Assembly (NCBI GenBank): GCA_963762145.1
Contig: CAVXJS010000019.1
Span: forward strand, 356,371-420,370
Source of the DNA: an uncultured Candidatus Rokubacteria bacterium
GTDB taxonomy: Bacteria; Methylomirabilota; Methylomirabilia; Rokubacteriales; CSP1-6
Length of the DNA stretch: 64,000 nucleotides
Direction of reading: 5' to 3'
Position 1 is the stretch's first letter. Every line of letters starts with the position of its first letter. The translations under genes and the position numbers were made by a program. Under the pieces are notes generated by a model, which was not told the origin of the DNA, did no database searches, and saw nothing but the letters and a program-made list of their open reading frames with translations. Positions 40,911-49,118 of the stretch are shown piece after piece.

Positions 40911-42551
40911 CCAATCATGTGAAGTGGTCGATGGTGAAGTGGTCGATGCTGAAGTGGACGCTGATCGGGCTGGCCGCGCTGGTGGTGCTCGTCCTGGGCG
41001 CCCTGCTCGCGCTGCCGCTGCTGCTCGACACGCCCGCGATCCAGACCTACGCTTCACAGGCCGCCTCGCACGCGCTGGGGCGGCCTGTGAAGTTCGACGC
41101 TCTCTCCATCTCGGCCCTGCCGCTGCCGACCGTCCGGCTCCGCGGCCTGCAGGTTGCCGAGGACCCGGGCTTCGGCCCCGGGCCGTTCATCACGGTGACC
41201 GAGGGCCGCATGCGCATCCGGATCCGGCCGCTGCTTCAGGGGCGGGTCGAGCTGGCCGATCTCACGCTGGTGGAGCCCCGCATCCACGTGATCGAGGACG
41301 CCACCGGCCGGCTCAACGTGGCCACCCTGGGCGGCGGCGCACCGCCCGCGCCGACCGGGCAACCGCGGGTGGGCACCGGACGGCCCGGCGCCGCCACGGC
41401 GAGCGCGGTGCTGCTCTCTCGGGTGCGCATCGTCAAGGGCGCCGTCGACTATCAGAAGGCGGGCGCGAAGAGCGCCCAGTTCACCCTCGATGCCATCAAC
41501 GTCACGGTGACCCAGGCGACCGCGAGCGAGGCCATGCGGGTCAGCGGGAGCGCGCAGGCTCAGCCCGGCAACGTCAAGCTGACCCTCGCGGAGGCCACCG
41601 TGGGCGCTGGCGCCCGGCCGAGCCTTCGGCGATGCGCAGCTCAAGGCAACGGTGGACGTGGAGAGCCGTGACGTCGCCCCGGCAGCCGCGCTGTTCGTCC
41701 CGACGCCCGGCGTGTCGGGGCCCCTCAAAGGGCGGATCCAGGTGTCGGGTACCGCGGCCCGGCTGACCGCCACCGGAGCGATCGGGTTCGACCGGCTCAC
41801 CCTGTCCGCGCAGCAGCCGCACTGCCTGGAGCCGAAGCGCCGGTCCCTGACGCTGGATGAGGTCCGGGTGCCGCTGCACTACGCGCCGCCGCAGCTCGAG
41901 AGTCAGGCGGTGCAGAGCAAGGTCGCGAAGGGCACGGTCGCCTTCCGGCTCACCGTGGCGCTGGGTCCGCCGCGCGGTGGCCACGCTCCGTGACATCACG
42001 GTCAAGGGCGTGCAGCTCGAGCCGGTGCTGGTGGATTACCTCTGCCAGCGCAACGCGGTGACCGGTCCGCTGGACCTGACCGGTCAGGCGACCCTGCAAC
42101 CGCCGCAGGCCCTGGCCACGCTCAATGGCTCGGGCCGGCTTCACATCGGGGCGGGCGCGTGATCGGGCCCGATCTGCTGAACGCTCTTGGCCAGGCCCTC
42201 TCGCTGACCGATCTGGTCTCGGGCACCATCGACGCGGCCCGCCGCGGGAAGCGGCCGGTCCCCGGCTCCCCCCTCAGCTTCGACTCCATCACTGCGACCT
42301 ACACGATCACCAACGGGGTGGCCCGGACCGAGGACCTGGTCTACGAGGCGCGCGACCTCAAGCTGACCGGGGCCGGGACCTACGGGCTCGTGGACGGACG
42401 GACCGCGATGGACGTGCTCGTGACCCAGGGCGGGAACCGGGTGAAGGCACGGGTGGCGGGCGGCCCGGGGGCGCTCACGATCGTGCCCACCGACGTCCGG
42501 CTCAAGGAGCCCAAGGAGCTCAAGAAAACGCTCGATCGGCTGTTGCGCTGA
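40907..42551 (+). CDS. AsmA-family protein, frameshifts
   Basis: N-terminal TM, ASHALGRPV, PLLQGRVEL..L.LVEPRI, FDSITATYTITNGVA.T.DL, LTGAG. Confidence 0.75.
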
Positions 42552-43379
42552 ACCGCGCCCCGCCCAGCTTGCCCGCCTCCACGAGCCCCACGAAGAACGC
42601 GTAGAGCTGGTTGTACTCGTCGTAGCGCCCCTGGCCGAAGCGGGCGACGGTTTGCTCGCGCATCCCGCGGTACATGCGCAGCCGCTCGCGCAGGATCCCG
42701 ATCCACTCCGCCGAGAGGTCCTCGGCCTCCACCAGAGCGAAGCCGGACCGGGTCAACAGCTCGCGATAGCCCTCGATGGTCTGCAGCGTGACCGCCGCCA
42801 TCCACTCGTCGAGGCGGCGCCGCTCGTTCGTTCTCGAGCCGGGGCCGCGCGACCCAGTCGCTGAAGGCCAGGCGCGCGCCGGGCTTGAGCACCCGTGCGC
42901 ATTCCTGGAGAACCGCCGCCTTGTCCGGGACGTGCGAGGAGTCCTTCCTGGCTGACCGCGGCGTCGAACACGCGCGCGCGGAAGGGCAGGACCTGCGCGT
43001 CGGCCCGCAGGAGCCGCACCAGGGGGCTCAGGCGCACGAGCGCGGTGAGGCGGGTGCCCGCCGCGCACCGCGAGTGGGTGAGATCCACGCCGGTGACGCG
43101 GACGCCGAAGCGATGGGCCAGGAAGCGCGCCGGGCCGCCGAGGCCCGCGCAGACGTCGAGCACGGTCATGCCCGGCGCGATGGCCACGCGTCGGGCCAGC
43201 GACTCCACGGCCCCGAGGCCCCCGTAGTGGTCCTGATCCCACGCCCAGAGATCCTCCGGCTGGAGCGGTCCGCCGGCGTGTCCGCGGCGCGTGCGCGCGG
43301 ACTCCAGGACCTGTGATTCGTTGATCGGGTGACGGTCGTAGAAGTCGGTCACCGCAGGGGCGGGACGGGGATCGCGCAC
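42520..43379 (-). CDS. SAM-dependent methyltransferase (sarcosine/dimethylglycine N-methyltransferase-like), frameshifts
   Basis: DQDHYGG, VLDVCAGLGGPAR, VTGVDL, DAQ.LPF...FDA, LKPGARLAFSDW. Confidence 0.8.
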
Positions 43380-43476
43380 GACACCGAGTGTACGGTTGGG
43401 CCGCCTTGAAGTCACCGGGGGCGTGTGGTAGAAGGAGGCGTTTCCATCTGCGCCCCAAGGAGAACCGGAGAGAGCC

Positions 43477-44619
43477 ATGACGGACGCCGCGGTCAATCCC
43501 CTGAAGGCTGGTCTCGAGGACGTCGTCGTCTCTCCGTCGGAGATCTGTTTCATCGACGGGCACAAGGGCCGGCTCATCTACCGGGGCTTCGACGTGGACG
43601 ACCTGGTGGCCCACTCCACCTTCGAGGAGGTCACCTACCTCCTGTGGCAGGGGCGGCTGCCGTCGCGGAAGGAGCTCGACACGCATCTGAAGGCGCTGGC
43701 CTCGACGTCGAACCGGAAGCTCCCGCCGAAGCTCCTCGCGATACTCAAGCTGCTCCCCAAGAAGACGACCCCGATGGAGGTGCTCCGGACCGGCGTGTCG
43801 GCGCTCTCCTCCTTCGATCCGGACGCGGCCGACAACAGCCGCGAGGCGACCCTGCGGAAGTCGTTGCGCCTGACCGCGCAGCTTCCGACCCTGGTCGCGG
43901 CCTGGGAGCGGATTCGACGCGGCAAGGCGCCGATCGCGCCGAGCCCGAAGCTCAACCTGGCGGGCAACTTCCTGTACATGATGAGCGGCAAGAAGCCCAC
44001 CGCGCTCGCCGCCAAGACGTTCGACACTGCGCTCATCCTCCACGCCGACCACGAGTTCAACGCCTCGACGTTCGCGGCCCGGGTCACCGCCGCCACCCTG
44101 TCCGATCTGCACTCGGCCGCGGTCTCCGGCATCGGCGCGCTCAAGGGCCCGCTGCACGGCGGGGCGAACGAGCAGGTCATGCTCATGGTCGAGAAGATCA
44201 AGGATCCGGCCAAGGCCGAGGCGTGGATCCGGAAGGCGCTCACCGACAAGGCGCGCATCATGGGCTTCGGTCACCGCGTGTACCGCGTGGAAGACCCGCG
44301 CGCGAAGCATCTCAAGCGGCTGGCGCTGGAGCTGGGACAGCAGGTGGGCGACACGAGCAAGGTGCAGATCCTCGACACGGTGGTGCGCGTGGTGGGCGGC
44401 GAGAAGCACATCTTCCCGAACGTCGATCTCTACTCGGGCGCGGCCTACGCGGCCATGGGGATCTCCACCGATCAGTTCACGCCCATCTTCGCCATGAGCC
44501 GCGTCGCGGGCTGGGCGGCGCACGTGCTCGAGCAGCACGGCAACAACCGGCTGATCCGGCCTCGGTCGGACTACTCGGGCGCGCTCGATCTGAAGTACGT
44601 GCCGCTCTCCGAGCGGTAG
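43477..44619 (+). CDS. Citrate synthase (short, type I / 2-methylcitrate-like)
   Basis: LHADHEFNAST, LKGPLHGGANE, MGFGHRVY, DPR, PNVD, RLIRP. Confidence 0.93.
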   Translation: MTDAAVNPLKAGLEDVVVSPSEICFIDGHKGRLIYRGFDVDDLVAHSTFEEVTYLLWQGRLPSRKELDTHLKALASTSNRKLPPKLLAILKLLPKKTTPMEVLRTGVSALSSFDPDAADNSREATLRKSLRLTAQLPTLVAAWERIRRGKAPIAPSPKLNLAGNFLYMMSGKKPTALAAKTFDTALILHADHEFNASTFAARVTAATLSDLHSAAVSGIGALKGPLHGGANEQVMLMVEKIKDPAKAEAWIRKALTDKARIMGFGHRVYRVEDPRAKHLKRLALELGQQVGDTSKVQILDTVVRVVGGEKHIFPNVDLYSGAAYAAMGISTDQFTPIFAMSRVAGWAAHVLEQHGNNRLIRPRSDYSGALDLKYVPLSER

Positions 44620-44649
44620 GCGGTCGCCGGGCCGGCCCCCGGCCCTCCC

Positions 44650-45452
44650 GTGGCGGCCTTGACGACGAGCGTGGTGCTGGTGGTGCACAACCACCCCGCG
44701 CTGACCCGGCGTGCGTGGAGAGCCTCCAGGCGACCCGCGGCCCCTTCGAGCTCTGCGTGGTGGACAACGCCTCCGACGACGAGACCGTGGACTATCTGGA
44801 TCGGCTCGCCCGCTCGGTCCCGCTGCGCTACCTGCGCAACGACGAGAACGTGGGGCTGATCCGGGCGCTCAACCAGGGCGCGCACCTCGCCACGGGAGAT
44901 CTGCTCTGCTTCCTGCACAACGACACCGAAGTGCGTGATCCGCGCTGGCTGGAGCGTCTGCAGGGCGCGCTGGCGTCCGCCGCGCGGCATCGGCCTGGCC
45001 GGCCTCTACGGCGTGCAGCGGCTCCGACGTGACGGCCGCTACGTGGGCCGGACCATCGTGCACTGCCTCGAGGAGGCGCCGACGCTTCGGATCCCCCAGG
45101 CGGAGGTGGCGGTGGTGGACGGCGTCTGCCTGTTCCTCGCGCGAGATGTCCTGGACGCGGCCGGGGGCTTCGACGAGGGCTACGGGTTCTTTCACGGCTA
45201 CGACCGCGACCTCTCCTTCGCGGTGCGGGAGCTGGGCCTCCGCTGCGCGGTGGTGAACGCGCCCGTTCGTGCACCGGGGCGGGGGCACGCGGACGGGCGA
45301 GAACGCACCGGTGGCGCCGCGCGAGGATCTGGCCCAGCGGCAGGCGGCGCTGCGTGCGCTTCGCCGAGAAGTGGGCGCATCGGCTGCCCTGTGACGTGCG
45401 GGGCCGGGGCGAGCGCGTGCGCGATTGGTTCCGCGCGCTCGGGAAGGTATGA
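44650..45452 (+). CDS. GT2 glycosyltransferase, frameshifts
   Basis: VVDNASDD, ENVG...ALNQG, FLHND, VDGVCL, GGFDEGY..FHGYDRDLS. Confidence 0.78.
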
Positions 45453-46327
45453 TGCCGCGCATGATCCCCTTCGCGAAGGGCCACGGGCTCGGCAACGACT
45501 ACATCGTCATCAACGGCGCGGATCTGCCCTCCCCGCTCACCCCGGGACAGGTGACGCGGATCTGCGATCGCAACTGGGGGGTGGGCTCGGACGGCATCCT
45601 GCTCCTGGTGCCGGCCTGGGCCGGCGGAGACTTCGGCCTCCGGATCCTGAATCCCGACGGCAGCGAGGCGGAGAAATCGGGCAATGGCCTGCGCATCTTC
45701 GCCAAGTACCTCCACGACCACGGCCACGCCAAGCGCGACACCTTCACGGTGGACACCATGGGCGGCCGGGTGGAGTGCCGCTGCCACGTGACCGACGGAC
45801 GGATGAACGTGGTCACCGTCGAGATGGGCCGCTGCACGTTCGTGGCGCCCGAGATCCCCATGAACGGTCCCGAGCGCGAGGCGGTGAAGATCCCGCTCCA
45901 GGTGGCCGGGGAGACCCTGCTCGTCACCGCGGTCTCGGTGGGTAACCCGCATTGCGTGATCTTCACGGACCGCCTCGACGAGGCGCTGGTGCGGCGGCTG
46001 GGGCCGCAGGTCGAGCATCACCCCGCGTTTCCGAACCGTATCAACGTGCAGTGGGCGCGGGTGGCCTCACGGTCGATGGTGGACATCCTGATCTGGGAGC
46101 GGGGCGCGGGCTGGACGCTGGCCTCGGGGTCGTCCTCGAGCGCGGTGGCGTGCGCCGCGGTGAAGAACGGGCTCTGCGATCACGGGCTGGTCACGGTCCG
46201 GATGCCGGGCGGGGAGCTCTCCGTGGACGTGCGGCCCGACTGGTCCATCCGGCTGAAGGGGCCGGTGGAGGAGGTCTATACCGGGACCTTCGCGTCGGAC
46301 CTCATGGTCGCCCTCGAAATGTCGTAA
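45449..46327 (+). CDS. dapF: Diaminopimelate epimerase-like protein with a Ser/Ser catalytic pair
   Basis: KGHGLGNDY, CDRNWGVGSDG, NPDGSEAEKSGNGLR, VGNPH, FPNRINV, WERGAG.TLASGSS. Confidence 0.85.
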   Translation: MMPRMIPFAKGHGLGNDYIVINGADLPSPLTPGQVTRICDRNWGVGSDGILLLVPAWAGGDFGLRILNPDGSEAEKSGNGLRIFAKYLHDHGHAKRDTFTVDTMGGRVECRCHVTDGRMNVVTVEMGRCTFVAPEIPMNGPEREAVKIPLQVAGETLLVTAVSVGNPHCVIFTDRLDEALVRRLGPQVEHHPAFPNRINVQWARVASRSMVDILIWERGAGWTLASGSSSSAVACAAVKNGLCDHGLVTVRMPGGELSVDVRPDWSIRLKGPVEEVYTGTFASDLMVALEMS

Positions 46328-47427
46328 TTCAAGACCTGACCCCCGGCGAGGGCGTTGGAGAGCCAGCGCGCGGCGTAGCCGGCTATCAGGGCGGCGGCGA
46401 GGGTCAGGAGCAGGGCGACGAGCGTTTCGGGGACGCCGGGGGCCATGGCGGCCAGCGAGGGCCGCGACGGCAGGCGCCAGGCGAGCAGCGCGAAGAGCGC
46501 GGCCCCGTAGGCCAGCGTGGCGGCGATGGGACGGCGCCGAGGGTCCACCAGCGCCATCACGAGCGCGGGCCACAGAGCGAAGAGGTGACGGCGGCCGCCG
46601 GTCTGGCCTGCCGGAACCCCCTCCTTGCGGGCCATCAGGGTGGCCACCGCGATCGGGGACGTCGGATCCTTCGTGATCTCCTCGTCGATCACCGAGACGG
46701 GCTGCATGATCTCGAAGCCCGTCTGCGCGATCTGCTGACCGATGAGGCCGAGCCCGATGAGCACGACGAGGAGGCCGATGGGCGCCCAGCGGCTGTTCGA
46801 GAGGCGGGCGGTCGGCACGTGGGCCAGAGGCAGGATCAGCGCCGAGAGAATGGCCAGCGTGTAGAAGAGCACGCCGCCGTGGAGATACGCCACGCGGGTG
46901 GATGGGTCGACCGTGAGGTGCAGCCCGCCATAGAGCACCGCGCCGGTCAGCACGAGCGCGGCGAGCCGGGCCCGGGACCGCTCGGGGTAGACCTCGCGGG
47001 CGATGACCAGGCAGGCCAGGGAGTTGATCACCGCGCCCACGATGCCGAGCAGGTGCGGCGGGCTCCAGAGCGTGACGTCGAGGCCGAAGAGCCGATGCCA
47101 GAGATCATCGATCGGCGCGGCCAGGACCGTCAGGGCGATACCCCAGGCCGCGAGGTGGAAGCCGCGTGTTCCGATGAGACCCAGGACCCGCAGGGCCGGC
47201 GGTGCCTCCGGCGTGCGAGCGGGGCCTCCCGTGAGGGTCTCCCACGCCAGCACGCCGAAGCTCACGAGCACCGCCAGCGCCACCCCCGCGTACGTCATGA
47301 CGTGCGGGGGGATCCAGAAGGAATCACGCCCGATCAGCACGTGCCACTGGATGTCCCACTGGACGCCCCAGCCCGCGATCAGCTTGGAGGCGAGGAGCGT
47401 CCAGAGGGCGCCGCGGCGGATGGACAC
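46276..47427 (-). CDS. Polytopic membrane protein with two DxxWH...PPH motifs
   Basis: WDIQWHVLIGRDSFWIPPH and IDDLWHRLFGLDVTLWSPPH; many hydrophobic segments. Confidence 0.78.
   Translation of the reverse strand: MSIRRGALWTLLASKLIAGWGVQWDIQWHVLIGRDSFWIPPHVMTYAGVALAVLVSFGVLAWETLTGGPARTPEAPPALRVLGLIGTRGFHLAAWGIALTVLAAPIDDLWHRLFGLDVTLWSPPHLLGIVGAVINSLACLVIAREVYPERSRARLAALVLTGAVLYGGLHLTVDPSTRVAYLHGGVLFYTLAILSALILPLAHVPTARLSNSRWAPIGLLVVLIGLGLIGQQIAQTGFEIMQPVSVIDEEITKDPTSPIAVATLMARKEGVPAGQTGGRRHLFALWPALVMALVDPRRRPIAATLAYGAALFALLAWRLPSRPSLAAMAPGVPETLVALLLTLAAALIAGYAARWLSNALAGGQVLNYDISRATMRSDAKVPV
46316..46343. repeat. REP-like family B, solo arm
   Basis: GAAATGTCGTAATTCAAGACCTGACCCC is the exact reverse complement of 22789-22816. 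Confidence 0.85.
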
Positions 47428-47434
47428 GGTCGCG

Positions 47435-47974
47435 CTAGGGCGAGGGACGGGCGGGCGTGGTGGGCGCCTGCACTCCGAGCACCTTCACGTCGAAGAAGAG
47501 AGTCTTTCCCGCGAGAGGATGATTGAAATCGAGAACCACCGTGGTGTCCTTGATCTCCTTCACCGTCACCGGGCGGGCTTCGCCTGATCCGCTGCGGGCG
47601 GTGAGCTGCGTGCCCACCTTCAGCCCCTCCTTCGGGATGGCGTCCTTCGGGACTTCCTGCTGCGCTCCGGGCACGACGGGCCCGTAGCCGCCATCATCCG
47701 GAGCGACCACGACCTTCTTCTCCTCACCGGGCCGCATGCCGACGATCTCCCGTTCGAGACCGGGAATGATCTGGCGCTGGCCTTGCACGAAGACCAGGGG
47801 CGTTTTCCCCTTGTTGGAGTCGAGGACCTGGCCCCCGTCGTCCTTGAGGGTGTACTCGAGGCTCACGGTGGATCCGTTCTGCACCGCGCCGGGGGCGAGT
47901 GCAGGTGTCTGGGCGAACGTGGTCGAAGCGATGAGCGCCACCAGGACCGCGGCAAGGTTCACGATGCGAGTCAT
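47435..47974 (-). CDS. FKBP-type peptidyl-prolyl isomerase (SlyD-like) with signal peptide
   Basis: VSLEYTL, IIPGLE, YGP, LDFNHPLAGKTLFFDVKV. Confidence 0.88.
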   Translation of the reverse strand: MTRIVNLAAVLVALIASTTFAQTPALAPGAVQNGSTVSLEYTLKDDGGQVLDSNKGKTPLVFVQGQRQIIPGLEREIVGMRPGEEKKVVVAPDDGGYGPVVPGAQQEVPKDAIPKEGLKVGTQLTARSGSGEARPVTVKEIKDTTVVLDFNHPLAGKTLFFDVKVLGVQAPTTPARPSP

Positions 47975-48086
47975 CGGCACTACCTCCCGGCGCGCGGAGA
48001 AGAAGCGGAACGCGCGCGTGAATTCGACTCTACACCCGGGTTCCCGGACGAGGCAACGCGGCGCGAGAAAATCTCGCGATCATGCT

Positions 48087-48500
48087 ATGATCCCCGGAAC
48101 CTTGAGAGCCTTCTGCGCCTGGTGTCAGCGAGAAGGGGGACCGGCCTTCCTCGGCGAACGTGAACCGTTCGACGATGACAGCGAGACCCATGGAGTCTGC
48201 CGGCGCCACCTCCAGAACATCCTGGCCGCGCTCCCCTCGCAGTCCTTTCCGGACGTGACGTACCTCTTCGTCATCCGACCGGGGGAGACCGCCCTCCACG
48301 ACCACCTGGAGCGCGCCTTCCTGGGCGTGCGCGGGGTGAAGATCATCATGGAGCGGCGGGCCGGGGATCGGCGCTCGACGCATCGGCGGGCCGCGCACGA
48401 TCGGCGCCGCACCGACCGGCGCCAGCCCCGGGGCACATCCCACGCGCTCGGCTACACGACGGTGCGCTTCAGCCGCGCGGCGGTGGGGCAGGGCGACTAG
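48087..48500 (+). CDS. Hypothetical protein with a CxxC/HxxCxxH site and an Arg-rich tail
   Basis: CAWC...THGVCRRH; ERRAGDRR..HRR..DRRRTDRR. Confidence 0.65.
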   Translation: MIPGTLRAFCAWCQREGGPAFLGEREPFDDDSETHGVCRRHLQNILAALPSQSFPDVTYLFVIRPGETALHDHLERAFLGVRGVKIIMERRAGDRRSTHRRAAHDRRRTDRRQPRGTSHALGYTTVRFSRAAVGQGD

Positions 48501-48504
48501 CGGA

Positions 48505-48786
48505 CTAGGTGCCCGGCTTGCCCAGGCGCTGCAGCGCCACGGTGGCGAGCCGGGTGACGTGCTCGGCGATGGCCTTCAGCGTCTCGGCCGCCTCGATCCG
48601 CTCCGTCCGATAGGCCGCGAGCTCCTGGCTGAGGGTCTCGATACTCTCGCGGAGCTGCCGATTCTCCCGCTCGAGCTCGTCCGCCTGAGCCCGCTGCCGC
48701 TCATGATCCTGAAGGGTGCCCAGCACGGCCCCGAACAAACGCTCGCCCTCCTGCACCCAGCCAATCAGGTCCTGGACGGACGACAT
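48505..48786 (-). CDS. Hypothetical coiled-coil protein
   Basis: MSSVQDLIGWVQEGERLF...ELERENRQLRESIETL heptads. Confidence 0.55.
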   Translation of the reverse strand: MSSVQDLIGWVQEGERLFGAVLGTLQDHERQRAQADELERENRQLRESIETLSQELAAYRTERIEAAETLKAIAEHVTRLATVALQRLGKPGT

Positions 48787-49030
48787 GGGGGGGAAGAATA
48801 CCACGAGCCTTGGAACCCTTAGCCCGCGCAAACCCTGCGCTTGATGGGAATTCCCTAACTATATGGTTTCACTCAGGTTCCGCTCTCCGACGAGAATCGC
48901 GGCGACGTCCCCGCGCAGAATCTCCAAAGGATGGAATATCTTTGCCCAACCAGTAGAGGGAACTACCCCTCCATGCCGCGCCGTAATCATCGCGTAAACA
49001 ATAAGTTAGCTTGGTTGCGGCATTCCTTTG

Positions 49031-49047
49031 CTGGCACCGCGCTTGCT
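49031..49047 (+). promoter_or_regulatory. Sigma-54 promoter of the fkbH operon
   Basis: CTGGCACcgcgcTTGCT near-consensus -24/-12; IHF-like AAACAATAAGTTA at 48996-49008. Confidence 0.75.
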
Positions 49048-49118
49048 CTCTTTTCGCCGGCGACCGCGGTTTTCGATAACTTGCACTGTGCACGCACAGC
49101 GAACGGAGCAGTCGATCA

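Noticed and set aside
7285-46343. Repeats as a CRISPR array or IS ends
   Set aside because: They are dispersed, not regularly spaced, with no cas or transposase genes in the window.
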